A stretch of DNA of 64,000 nucleotides, from positions 62,001 to 126,000 of the forward strand of contig NW_026857252.1 of the NCBI RefSeq assembly GCF_026571515.1. Direction: 5' to 3'. This document shows, one piece after another, positions 39,090 through 53,005 of this stretch (its first letter is position 1; every line of letters starts with the position of its first letter). This DNA comes from Ruditapes philippinarum. Its lineage: Eukaryota. The notes beneath the pieces were generated by a model that searched no databases, had not been told where the DNA came from, and saw only the letters and a program-made list of their open reading frames with translations. Both the position numbers and the translations under genes were made by a program.

Positions 39090-39600
39090 TGATAAAATAT
39101 ACTTATTATGTCAACAAGACATCACAGATAATTCCTCAATTCATTTTACATTGTGTGCACACTTGGTTTTAATGAAGTTTAATGGCTTTTCCAAACCATT
39201 GGTGATTGTCGAATGTTATGCAATGGCTTAAAGATCAGTTTTTACAAAATTGGTCTGGTAGATGAAATGACTCTAGCAGAGAAATCTTTCACAGGTCACA
39301 GGTATATATCAAACAACAAATTTCAATCATATCTTGATATTATATGTGTAAGAAAAATTCGCTTGTGTATGTGTCGCCGCATAGGCTTTTTATTGAAACT
39401 GGTCAGTGGGTGCACCAATAAATGAAAGGAAATGTATTCTTTGTGATAAGTCAGAAGATGAATATCATTCAGTTTTGTAATGTACACAATAATTTGAGGA
39501 ATTTTTTTATACAAAATTATTTTGTAAATCGCCATAAAAGATGCAAATATTTATCGATTTAATGAACTAATTGAGGAAAGTTTGAACGAGTACATTAAAA
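39090..39600 (+). mobile_element. Old, degraded LINE ORF2 3' fragment
   Basis: Residual motifs across frames: LKDQFLQNWS, HRLFIETG, ERKCILCDKSEDEYH; homologous to the element at 1-905. Confidence 0.75.
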
Positions 39601-41749
39601 AAATAATGTGATATGTCATATTTGAGAAATATATATTTATAAGTACAAGTTATGGTACTCTATGATTTTTTCATGCACTGTTTTAAAACGCTAAGATGCT
39701 GCTATTCATGTCACAGTGAAATGGTAATGCATATGATACTATATATTAATTTCTAAAAGAAAAAAATAATATCTTAATGTAACGTTTTACATTTGGTAAT
39801 TTCAGTTTTCGAACTACTATCAATGTTGAAAATAGCAAGACATTTTTGTCATGCACAATATTCCAAATCCTAATGGAATTTTTAATCCTTGTTTTTATCA
39901 CAAATAACCAAATCATGTTTAAATTTAACACTTGTATTTGGGATGCACGTAGCTTGACTTGCCGCAATATTTGTATTCATATATGTTTTCATCACGTGGG
40001 TCTAAGACCTTCAGGGAATAAGCAATGGATTGAAATAAATGTATACAGATTTGTCAAAATTGTTGAACATGCGGCATGTCAGATTCAGAGTTTCAAAAAT
40101 ACTTCAAATCTGACCTTTGTTAATTTAACTTTTCTTCTGTGTAAAACGTCACATTGTATAAAAACAAAACTATGTTATGATAATACGCTAATAAATGAGA
40201 AAATGAACGATCATGTGGCAAGCTATAAAATATTGGGGAAGTAAACATAACACCCAAAAAATTTGCCCCACCCCTTTGCAGATTTGAACTCGAAACAGCA
40301 TATCATATCTTGAACGCTCTAACCATAAGCTCTTCGAACTTATATGTCCATACCCACTTTTCTTGTATTGTTTTGCAATAAAGATGCATAATATAATAAT
40401 TATATTACTTGCAAACCCTATTATGTCACAATGGAACGATATAATGAAAAGGTCATTGAGTTCGGCTTATAAAAAAGGGCAAACACTTTATTGTTACATA
40501 TTCACAGGTCTTTCACACTTTTCCTCCGTTTGTGCGATTATATCTATAAATAAACACATGTCGCTTTGTCGACAAAAGTAGACAATATGCATTCTAAATG
40601 TATTCTATTGTCCCGATTTCAAAGTCGTGATCATGACGCTTTCACAGTCATATTACAGTATATACATTTTAATGTCGACATCGTGTTTCAGTTTTTTTTT
40701 TTACTTGTATTAGTATCCAAAAAAGTCTTTTAGAACATAAGTGATGAAGGTAAATTTCACAATTAATGATACTTTAACATTTAAATCTATTTCAACACCT
40801 TTTACATATTTAGGCATAGTGATGTAAACATATCTGCTCGTGTGCATGCGTGCTTGCGTGCGTGCGTGGGTGCGCGTGGGTGTGTGTGTGTAAGTCAAAT
40901 TATTTTTTTTTCTTTTACAGATAATGTACTTTTATGAAGGTGAGATGTTAATCAGAATCAAAATTGTAATATGTGCAAATGAGGGAAATATTAAAAGAAT
41001 TGAATTAACAAATTTTGGATTTCTTTATCATACTTCATTCATACTACATGTTGTCAGTTTTTTTTTCTTTTAAACATCGTAAAAATCCCAATTCTGGGGT
41101 CCGGGTCGTATTCCCAAAGTACTGAGAAAAAACAAATATTTATATATATAAACGACCAAAATACAGATAGATAAACAGACACATTAAACTGTTAAATTGT
41201 CTGCTTGTGAAATACTTTTTCGATTTTACTCATTTTGTACACGTCAGTCGCCATAACCTAAAATGTTCGCACGTTCCATTTTCAGAAATGCATCATTATC
41301 ATCAACTTTGGGGATATGAAGATGAACATCTGAAAATTATCAGTCAAATGTACAGACCTTTATACGACGTGGTCTGTTGCTATGGAAAAAAAACAACCAC
41401 AGGAAGTCGTATTTTATCGCGCATGCGCAATCTGCGTAGGGCAAAAACAGCATCGAGCCTGGCCAGACTGCACAAACATAGGTGTCAAAGGCTCTTCAGT
41501 GAGGATAAGGTTTCAGCTTTGTGATGTTATACGATTAATACTTGAAATGATTTGTGAACGATAGGTTAATTATAGATATAAATCTGATATGACGTCACAA
41601 TTTTTATTTTAAATGTCACTTATGTTTTTGTCTATTATTATCAGTATTTAGCAGAGAGATAAGGAGTGCGACTTATTTTAACTGCCATTGGATAGACGGG
41701 TAAGTCATAATAGTAGTTGTTAAACTGAATGTTTACAATTATTCTGCGA

Positions 41750-41789
41750 AAGAGAGAGAGAGAGAGTGCGAGAGAGAGAGAGAGAGAGA
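41750..41789. repeat. (GA)n microsatellite
   Basis: Seen directly. Confidence 0.9.
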
Positions 41790-42198
41790 TAACATTTGTA
41801 ATCCATTTATGGGAGATAACGAAGTTGGCAACATCTATAATTCTTCATTGTACTAGTATATTTCTAATGATTTACAAAGGGCTAGAAAAAAATGTTTCAA
41901 CACAGGGAGAAAAGACAAAGTTATAGCATCAAAACTGATTTGAATTAAGCGAAAAGAACGAGTTATGTTATATGCTTATTGTCATCAATTGTTGAGTCGA
42001 TATGAGCCAATTTATTTATACAATTCGATGGTTAGTTTACAAGTTTAAAGTGACATTATGCTCATATTTTCATTGTCAAAATTAGCTGAATTGACTTTAA
42101 ACTTCAAATGATTGGCTGTTTAAATGATTGATCAACAGTTGATATTGGACAATGTTAACGATGAAATAGAAATTTGCCTAAAATGTAAAATTTTGCCC

Positions 42199-45034
42199 TG
42201 TAACACCGCACTTTGGGGTCAAACGCACTTTGGGGTCCGACCCCAAAGTGCGTTACGTACTTTGGGGTCCTACCCCAGAGTGCGTTACGCACTTTGGGGT
42301 CCAATTTCGACCTCAAAGTGCGTTAAACAGGTACATATGTATTTTTTAACATCAGGCAAACGACCGCACTTTGGGGTCATAGAAAATTAATGTTTTAAAT
42401 AATATATTGTAGTCAAAGCCAATGATAAACATAAAATCAAGATATTAAATAGACACAAACATGTGCCCTGAATAATAGTAGAATCAATAGGGATTTAAAT
42501 GGTCTTGATTAGTAAGTGAAGAACTTTCACCAAATAAATCACCAAATAAAGAATTTGTATCAATTATTAAGCTTAAAATATTTTTCTCAAATTTTCCATT
42601 TATTTTAAAAGAATGTACACCTTTCATTAAATCCATTGTTTTTAGCTAAATGCATTATTTTCCGGTTTTTATTTACACATTTTATAGAAATATGATAGTC
42701 TTAGCATAGACAAAGGTATAAATTCTGGGAAATCTTAGTAAGACATGTCAGTAAAAAATGTTGAAATAGCCATTAATTCAGCTAAAATTAATGTGACATA
42801 TAAGAAACTTGACTAGGTGTAGATGCGGCTTTTAGTAGTAGTCCGTAGGCCGGCAGTAGGCAGTACTAAAAATATCAACTATTTAAGTAGTGGCACATTA
42901 AGAGCGGAGCTTCAGAATAATGTAAAATTCTCACTGGGGGTAAAGAGGGGATTGTGGGGTATCGATCCCCCCAAGTGTTAAAAATAACGTTTTAAAGGCC
43001 CATTATGCTTTTATTTGATTTTCTTAAAAGCTTTTTTATTTTGATGTTCTTCTATATTATCCAAAAAATACACATTGGCCAATTACCTGAACCATCTTTT
43101 TCATCTGTTGCTTTTTGGCAATGATGAGTACAGTTATAGTGAATTAGTATTTTATATGGAAGTTAAATACTACAGTGTATGACAAATAATTTCACATTTA
43201 ACGCTACTTTATTCAGGTGACAAGCATCTTACATTTCTCAGATACCATTATTTTAACATTATAAAATTCATGTTTGCTCTTTCTAAAGAAGTATATAAGA
43301 TTTCCCATAAAAAAGCCTCTGGCGAACGGTTATTACGGAGCTTACAAAAACCCTTAAGTTTGTTGATAAGCTTAATAATGTTTTTGTAAAAATCACTATT
43401 TATAGTCCGATCGAAAAACTTGATGTTTCACCAGAGCATTGCAATAGAGTATATTTATAGTTCTTTGGGAAAAAAATATTAACTGCATTTCCCAACATAT
43501 TTTAAATTGGGCTCAATATGGCACCAAAAGTTATCAAGTAAATGACCGACAGAAAGGGATATTTTTCGCAGCATCTTTTATTTCTAGGAATACACAATTT
43601 CTGTACTAGAGTATTTTGAACGGTGGCATAAAAGTGACATTTGTATTTTTTTTTGATACTTTTTTTTTGTTTTTCGTACATATTTTTTGTTTGTTTGTCG
43701 TACATATTTTTTTTTAGTTTTGAATACATACTTTTTTTAGTTTTGCATACATATTCTTTTTTAGTTTGCATACATATTTTATTTTAGTTTTGCATACATA
43801 TTCTTTTTTAGTTTGCATACATATTTTATTTTAGTTTTTTGTACATATTTTATTTTTGTTTTTTCGTACATATTTTTACATGACGCCATTTGCAAAGTAG
43901 AGGTTTGGATAATTACACCATTTGTAAAACACCATTTTCAAACACTTCGCCATCTGTAAATTACAGTACCCCATTTGCAAATGCCATTTGCAAATACCAA
44001 CATTTTCATTTTTGGAGGTATCAAAAAATAACAACACTTTAGTGTATATATATATAAATATATAGTCCGCGGTAACCCAAAGAAAGGTTCTGCATATGGT
44101 CAGGATGTGGTTAACATTTGTCACAAGGTGCCTTAAAATCCTTCATGGGGTTTCGGAGATAAGGAGCGGACATGAAACCCAAGTCTTTATCCTTTGACCT
44201 GAAGGTGTGACCCCGACCTTGAGCCGGCACACCTGGCATATAAGTTCTGCACATTATCTGGATGTGCTAAAGAATTGACCTAAGTTTCATAATTCTCAGT
44301 TCTCAGGGGGTGGGGTTGAGTGGTGCATATTCATGGAATAATAACTGATCACCAATCAACAGCCCTTTCCAAAAATACACTTATATAATAGTATATAATA
44401 ATAAAAAACAATAATTATATAAAATCAAATAATATAAAAAAATGGGCCGAAAAGGGTCGGCCGAAACCAGACTTGCACGGTTGAAAACGACTGGGCCGAT
44501 TCCAAAAAATGGGCCGAAATGTGACCAAACCTCTGCGCTAGTTTTATACTCACCTATGAGATTTGAAGGCTGTTTTGATTGGCTAAAATATGTATGAAAA
44601 ACAAAAATAAAATATGTACGAAAAACAAAAATAAAATATGAATGCAAAACTAAAAAAATATGTATGCAAAACTGAAAAAATATGTATGCAAAACTAAAAT
44701 AAAATATGTATACAAAACTAAAAACAAAAAAATGCAAATGTCACTTTTATGCCACCGTAATTTTGTTATAATTTTTAGATATTTTAAGTGGTAAAATTAA
44801 TGAAACTTTTTTCACTTAAGCATCATAAAGTATTGACCGCCATCTTGAAACTCAGATGACACCTTTAGACCTCTTGAACCCAAGGTGCGTTGATATGTAG
44901 CATATTCACGCACTTTGGGGTAAATTTTTCGATTTTAACCCCAAAGTGCGTTGGACCCCAAAGTGCGGTGCGAAGTTTAACGCACTTTGGGGTTGGACCC
45001 CAAAGTGCGTTTGACCCCAAAGTGCGGTGTTACA
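42199..45034. mobile_element. Non-autonomous DNA transposon with TGT...ACA termini and a 6-bp TSD (TTGCCC)
   Basis: TIR TGTAACACCGCACTTTGGGGTCAAACGCACTTTGGGG at both ends; TSD at 42193-42198 and 45035-45040; multiple subterminal GCACTTTGGGG repeats; no transposase ORF. Confidence 0.88.
43619..44759. mobile_element. Nested non-autonomous DNA transposon (IS3EU-like TAYGG-type termini), 6-bp TSD ATTTTG
   Basis: Left end AACGGTGGCATAAAAGTGACATTTG, right end CAAATGTCACTTTTATGCCACCGTA; TSD at 43613-43618 and 44760-44765; arms carry ~21-bp tandem repeats. Confidence 0.82.
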
Positions 45035-48000
45035 TTGCCCTATTCTTTTTATAAAGTGAACGTTACAGTTCAATTCCGATGAACATTTACAGAAATTTCG
45101 TTGGAGTTATTTATTGTTTATGCGAAGTTAATTGTTTTATTGAAAGTAATTATAATAAAAAGGAATCATGTACTTATTTTGACTTGCGTCTATTCACTCA
45201 CTATATACCCTTAAATAGGTATAATGTCACTTTGAGCATTACTCTGTGATTATTCCTTTTCAATTAAAAAAGTGATTCGCCAAATATACAGTTTCTTTAG
45301 ACCTTTTAAGTTGTCTTCTGTTATGTCCTCTTTTTACTTTTTTCAATATTTTCTTTCTGTCTTTTCCTTTTTCTTAATCTTTGTCTGACTTTTTTGTATT
45401 TCATTCATTTATTCTTAAATTCACAAATTTCTGTTTGTTTTGCTAATGCATGTGTATTAATTGTGGCTATGCAAAGGTCTGGAGTACCTGCATCTTTGGT
45501 GCAGAAGTACCGGGGTTTTTTTCTTTCCAGGTATTTTAACATAATATGTGAGTTATACGAGGATTTGACTTCTTGAAACATTAACATGTCTAGCAGATTC
45601 TTTCCAAAGGAAAATTCCTTCGACATTTATAGAAATAATACTGTATTGAGCTTTGATTACAATCAGTACAAATAGACCTAAGGAATGCATCAGTTTAATA
45701 TGTTCAGTTAATTTTAATTGCCATAAACATTTCTATCGTGTCAATTTATTACAAAATACCGTTGTAGAATAGTATTCTTTAGCCGTGTCTGTAATTTCAT
45801 CGGATAGTCTTTCTGTATATATTTTTCTCACTTAACTAATATAAGCAATGTTTTTAATGATATAAAATAGATCACTTCCAGTTGAATTACTTAACAGACA
45901 GATATGTTATGTGAGATTTGCGTTGAAATATAATAACATCGTTTTACATTTTTCACTGTCACGCAAAAAGTGATATCAGCGCCTAAAATAGTAAATGCAA
46001 AATGAAAATAAAAGTGTATTTAAATCGATTATCCAAAAGGGGACATACATTTTTATATTCTTTGATTAATTTTTGTCATTATTTGTATATCTTTTTTATC
46101 CAAAGTGTCATAAACCTTAATCCTGAAAAAATAGTTTGCTCATTTTTAATATTTTGGAAAAAAACGCCCTGAATATTGATATTATAAGATCTCTTTTAAA
46201 ATGTATAATAACCAGCTTTTGGGCAGACACAAAGAAAATTTGTACCTTTAAAACTCTGCACACCATACTTTAGGTAGACACAGTACATGGTGTCATTTAA
46301 ATTGTTGGCAGATTTGTTCTAAAAGAAAGGACGTAATTAATAAACTTGACTACTAATAGGCTTATTTTTTAAGACTACCGCTTACATAGAGACGTGTATC
46401 GTGAAAATTCCAAGTGGGAATAGATTGAAGACTTATTAGTGCAGATGTTAAAAATGTCATAAAAATGGATATAACATTGCATCTCCTTGTGAAATATCGT
46501 TTCTGGTAATATATTATTTCCTGTAATGAAATTCATAGGAATCAGGAAATAATCATGAACAAGGGACGAGTTATTATATGTCTTAATTGATTGTCTTCTT
46601 GCTTATGTTGTCTTGCACCTTGCCCACGCCTTTATACATATTTGTTTTTTGAAATATCAAATAGAAACTCTTGTCTGGATGAAAAGCATTCATGAAGATA
46701 AGGTTAGACTTTTACATAAGAGGTTTGATGCTAACATGCGAAGCATAGACAACGTTTTATCAGTCTCCTAAAAACTTACATTGTTTTCAATTATATCGAG
46801 TGTGCTTTCACCAAAACATTTGCGGCGGCTAGACAGTGAATTTTGTAGAATACATATTATTCCTCCAAATTGAAATTCTCATGTCTCAATCTTAACATTC
46901 CCTAATATTTGCTGACAAATTTTCGAAGTAAGCTCTCTTTTTTAACAATGCACAATGCACAATAAGCTATTTCGGTAAAGTCGTTCTAACGGTATTTATC
47001 ACCAATAATAAAGTGTGTGCGGTAAAGACATAGAAACATTATTAGAATGTTTTTAAAATCATAAACTTGCGTTTTTTTTTGCATTCAAAGTTTCTAACAG
47101 ACACTGTTTAAGACTTTATTATCCTATAAGCTATTTTTATTGACACTCGACACTCTTACAATTGAATGATTGAATGTCTTGTATTAGTCTGAGACAGACT
47201 CTAAGGCTCATTGAAAAAAAAACTTTGTTTCATTATTTTCTCTTTTTGATTAAATGGATAAAATAAGAATCCCTTAAGAAAGTAAAAAAAAACACAACAA
47301 AATTGTAAAATATTGCAGGCTTGGTTTGATTGAGTCTGTTTTTGAACGGCACTGTTAAGTGCAAACTACTGCCGACGCCCCCTATCACCGGCTTTAGCAG
47401 AATTCAACATTTAAACATGAAAATGGTAAAATTTTATATTAAGAAACATCCACAGATGTGTTCATACGACGATCATTATGAAACATTCAATGTGACACTT
47501 TCGTGCCATTCTAGGAAAAGCTGTGTATGGCCCCTAAGTAAAAATAAGCCATCATTGATTATTAACTATTTTCAAAAATATAACATGCATTCATTTTCAT
47601 ATTTTTAAATGATGCTTTTGAATTCTAATGTTGAAACAAGTAAGATTTTTTTTATATCGCTTTGCAATATTGCAATGGGAGAAGATGTATATATAACAAT
47701 TCAATTTGACGTTTTTGTCATTTTATTATTTGACATTTTGCTTTTATTATATGATAATAAAACTAGGGGTTGATTTTTTTATATATAAATAATAAGATAT
47801 TATTAAGAATTATCATTTCATAGAGGTAAAAGCATAAAAAAATGAATCAAGTTACTGCCAACAAATGTCTCGTTTATTCCTTCTTTCATTCATCCATCAG
47901 AGACACACCAATCCTTACCCTTCATAATTTCCAAGGAAACCGCACAGAAAAATAAAGCAATTTAAACGCCGCCTTTAATTGAAGTTATTTATAGAACATA

Positions 48001-50724
48001 ATTCAAAACGAGGCCATACGTGGGGGAAGCCTCATCGTACAAATCAAAGCACAGCTGGATTGTCGTAATCAAATGAATTTTATTTGATTGACAGTGTATT
48101 ATTATATATGTTTTTGGTACTATAACGCGTAATTGTGAAGAGTCAATTGTATTGGAAAAAAACATGAGATAGTCGTCATGATAGTGGTGACCTTTTAAGA
48201 AAATAATGGACATAAAAGGAACAGAAGTAGATGGAAGTCTTTCATTTCATTTTGAATCGCCTTGCCTGACTGCTCAACTATGCATGTATTTGGACTGTCG
48301 ATAGTTGTTTTAATTTTTTGTAGTTTAAATGTTTATGTGAAAGCAATACTTAAATTTTCAAAAAACGACAATATAGGGAAAAGAGACAGAAAATTTAGAA
48401 TGGAAGACTTGTTAAAAGAAAGTAAGTACTAAATGTAAAAATAAGATGTAAATCCATTGCATTTGCAGGAATATGATGTCTATAAGTTTGTGTTTATTAT
48501 TTTATAATTATAATTTTATTGGAAGTAAATTACATTAATTTGTAAAATTAAAGTAAGGTATTAAGACTGTTTATACATGTACATGTTAATTGTGTATCAA
48601 TGTTGTGTTTTAGAAAAATTATATGTATTTTTTTTATCGTTTACTTACTCTTTTAGCATTAAAATATGCAAGTGTATGTGGAGAGTGGGGGTAGTTTGTT
48701 TCAAGTTTGTTTTTTAGTTTCTGTTTTTGTTTTTGTTATTTTTTGTAAAAAAAACCAACAAACTTTAATGCAGTACAACGAAAAGAAAAACCTCTCTGTT
48801 CAAATTTGAAGGAAAAATAAAACATTAGTGATCGTTACATAGTTCAAATACTACTTATGTAATATAACATATTATTCATAATATTATATTATTCATAATA
48901 CCCCACAATGAAAGGAAAAAAAATAGTTTCAGAGCTATGTGATATTATTTGTTTAAGATGATTTAAATGATAAAAGATGATTGAATATTTTTCTTGAAGA
49001 CTTGAAGGCCAAATCCAGACCATAAATTCTTGTATAATTCTATCTTAAAGGTATATGTTTTACTCATTAACATTTATCTTATGTTGTTAATGACAAAGCA
49101 TTCACGTGCACATAAATTGTTAAAACAGTTCTCAATTATTACCATAATTTAAAATAATCAAATTTAATGTTACAATAATTAATTCCATCAGAAAAAATGA
49201 AACAAATCTAGCTTTTGTTGATTCTGATACAATTTAAAATACAGACATGTTTGGAAATAAAATAATAGTTTCCTACAAAACAATATATTTAATACTTTTA
49301 TTAAGTTTTAACAATATCAACTGAAATAGATGGCTTTAAATAGCTCGAATTAGCATTTCTAACGAAGGAATAAAAACTATATTCGTGATATTGTGCACTA
49401 AGTATATGTATTTCAAATTTGAAAAGGAAACACACTTTTCAATTTAAAACAAAGAAATTTTTTTTTAAAAAAAGGTTAAAAGTTATTGAACAGAAATTGT
49501 ATTACGCTATTTAATTCTTCTTATGTTAATATTTTTTATCAAATTATGTTCTGTTGAATATTTAAATGTTTACTAAATCATATTATTATACATTTTAAAA
49601 ATATTGATGAAATGCGTATTATCATTTTCCATATTTTCACCGTAAAAGATTATTTTTTTCTGCAGTGAATCATAGATAAACTTGAATATCCTCTATTTAT
49701 TGTAATTCACTGTATATATCAAGTGACATACAATTTGTAAAAGAAATATATATATATTCAAATATTTTGTTTTTTCTCTTTAAAATGCACATTTTTAGTT
49801 ATTATTGTTATTACTCAAATTGTGAAAATATGTTCGAATCGTAGCCTAGAACAGTTAGTTGTCCAGCTGTCGTTTATTAGGGCTTATCAAAAAAAGGAAA
49901 ACATCATAATATTAGAAACATTATATAGCGGCAAACGTAATGGTATTCATATATACCATGTAAAAATGTTTATATAGAATACGACCACGTAATTGAAAGT
50001 AAAGACTGATTAACTCTTCAGGCTTTTTAACTTTACTTCGTGAAATGGTAATATAAAATAGTAACAAAAATGTCAGTTCAAAAACATGTTTCAATTAATA
50101 TTGCATTGCCATTTGATGTCGATTCAAAATGATAAATGCAGGCAAAATGTGCGGAGTATATTTTATTATTTTGAATTGTATAAAGGGATACTTTGATGTA
50201 TTGTTCATTACGTTAAGTGGCTATTAAAATGTTTCTCTGGAAATTTGAATATATATGATCTTTAAAGAGGGTTTCTTTACCATGAATATTTTTTGTACAG
50301 TATTCCCTTGTCTATGATTCTATATTGTATAAAAAATATAATACTGCTGAAAAAGTCATAAAAGACATCTATAAATATAAAATATTATAAATATAAGCCG
50401 TCTGAACTTTTTTCATGCACGATTGAAATGTATCAATTTAACAAGAAAACAACTGGATATGTTAGTATATTCTTTGCATTTACATTCATATAATGATATT
50501 ATGTGAGGTTATTAATATACTGAATTCTAGTGGACGAGTACACTGCGGTCAGAGCTATATTAGACAAGACACAAGTCTGATGTAGGAATCTACAAGAACC
50601 AATATTTTAACAGAACTTTATTGTTTCAAGTACAGAGTTAATAAAGATTTTTGACTTTAAAAATTAAAAATGCGGTTCGATTAAGTAGGATATGTATTTC
50701 GCTTGACCCTAAAATGAAAACAAG

Positions 50725-50987
50725 GCTATATGGAGTACGAAATGCATTTGTTGTTTGCTATTTGTGACTCTGAAAATGAAAAACGAGCTTTTGGGTATGA
50801 TATGCATTTGTTGTGTGCTATTTGTGAGTCTGGAAATGAAAACGAGCTTTTGGGTACGATATGCATTTGTTGTGTGCTATTTGTGAGTCTGGAAATGAAA
50901 AAGGAGCTTTTGGGTACGGTATACATTTGGTGTGTGCTATTTGTGAGTCTGGAAATGAAAACGAGTCTTTGGGTACGATATGCATCT
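50725..50987. repeat. ~59-bp minisatellite, ~4.5 copies
   Basis: Repeated unit TGCATTTGTTGTGTGCTATTTGTGAGTCTGGAAATGAAAACGAGCTTTTGGGTACGATA. Confidence 0.9.
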
Positions 50988-51833
50988 GAACTATTTAGGC
51001 ATTGAAAATAAAAATATCATAAATCATACAAAAAAGGAATTAATTGTTTGTACATTCAATATTAGCTGTTATGCAATTATGCTGAACTGTAAAAAATATC
51101 AAATCCAAACGGTAATATTTTTCGCTTTATATTTACACGTTTCCAAATTGATGGATAAATTCTGTTATGTTCTATAAATATCATATGAACGCAACATTTC
51201 TAACTTTTTCTAGTCTACATAACACTTATAACTTACAGTATTAATTCTTTTATTTACTTATAATTAAAATAAGGACATCAAATACCTGCGAAATGTTCAT
51301 CTATAGATGTGAAAAAGCTGCACGTTTTGAAGATAATTACATTGCCTTTACGCAGAACGTATCAATTTACATTATACCAGTGTCTCACATACGAATTAAT
51401 TCCAGGTGTAATTTGATTTATTTAGTGATGTTTTTCAGAAGAAGATGTGTTATTATTATTATATCTATTATCAATTTTTATTTCTCATAAGCTTTTTATT
51501 TTCAGTGTAATTTTAGAATTTGTTGCTCATTTGCCAATTACGTGAACAATCTGTTTCTACTGTAGCTTTTGGCATTTAGTAGAATAATAGTGATTTAGTA
51601 TGTGTATGGAAATCAAAATAATTACTACCTGTTTACAGTTTTACAATAAGAGCTACTTTACTCTAAAATGCTCTCAAGCCATATATAAATGTTTTAAAAC
51701 TCATGTTTGCCCTTTTTAAAGTAGAAACAAATTAATCGTTTCTCAGATATAATGAGGCTTAAATAGACAGCAAGGCAAATATTGTCTCATGCACTTTTCT
51801 CTCATTCCCCCCTTCTTCGTCATGCAAAGATAT

Positions 51834-52068
51834 GAGCCGCGCCATGACAAAACCAACATTATGGGTTTGCGACCAGCAGGGATCCAGACCAGCCTGCGCA
51901 TCCGCGCAGTCTGATCAGGATCCATGCTGTTCGCTTACCAACCCTTCTACAAGGTGAGAAACTGATAGCGAACAGCATGGATCCTGATCAGACTGCGCGG
52001 ATGCGTTGGCTGTTCTGGATCCATGCTGGTCGCAAACGCACTATGTTGGTTTTGTCGTGACGCGGCTC
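51834..52068. mobile_element. Palindromic MITE, copy 5
   Basis: Same family. Confidence 0.9.
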
Positions 52069-52794
52069 AATTATGACGATATAAAACTCTAAAAAAACGA
52101 ACAAATGAATTCTACCAGTAACATCTTTTTAATTTATTGTTTTTCGTATAAACATTATTCATTTTAATTTTAACCAATCATTTTTGATATTCGAAGTCCG
52201 ACTTATTTTTAATTTAAAGTTACATAATGTTCATTTTTTGTTGTGAAATTGACTTGAGCTGACTATATATTTCAAAATATTGACTGTTTTAATGTTGAAT
52301 GACCAATAGCTGCTTTTTGAAAAAAAAAAATAAATAATTTTGCTTGAAATACAAAAAGTTCTGCCTACTCTTTTCGATGGATACTAACAGAGATTTCCTT
52401 TGGTCACATGATTTATCTATTGGTCATGCAAAGTAAACTATAAATTTGAAAGGAATTATGGCAAAATGTTAACTTATTTTCACTTTCACTCACTATATTC
52501 CCTTAGATGGGCAAAAAAAACACTTTAAAGATGCGTTAGTGTTTTGTGAAATAAGTCGGTATTTGAATTGATTGAGTTCAGTTCATTGTTAACTTTAGTT
52601 TCTTCGCTTTTCTTTCGCTTCTAAATAATATACAATCATGTGAAATGTATTGCGGGTTTATTAAATAGATTTCTAACCGTTTTCATAGTTATATAAAGAA
52701 ATTTGAATTTTGATATAAGACTATTTTCCTCAACTACTTCAGAGAACGTAAAATTTAAATCATTTAATTAGAAACTTTAAAATTATATTAAAAA

Positions 52795-53005
52795 GGTAGG
52801 TCACTTGCTTCTCAACGCTACTGGTTCAAAATACCATGGACTTAAGATGAAGCTATCCAGCTAGCTTATGGAAAGTCGTTAATTCTACTTAGGTGCCCGC
52901 TCGTCTTATAAAAGAGCACGGACGGACACCCCTGATGACTTTTTCTTTCAGTAAAGCCGGAAAGTCGCCATATTACCTTGACAGTGTGTGTGGAGATTAA
53001 AATAT
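52795..53005 (+). mobile_element. Degenerate SINE-like repeat (related copy at ~55838-56005)
   Basis: Shared GAAGCTATC...AAAGTCGCCATATTACCTT; GGTTCAAA B-box-like motif near the 5' end. Confidence 0.5.

Noticed and set aside
43502-44737. Lys-rich and Phe-rich ORFs
   Set aside because: Products of tandem repeats within transposon arms.
45394-45900. Possible decayed LINE-like coding relic on the minus strand
   Set aside because: No diagnostic motif recoverable by eye.
47320-47440. Faint resemblance of LGLIESV...NGTVKC to DOMON exon C
   Set aside because: Needs frameshifts, lies on the opposite strand and the similarity is too weak to support.
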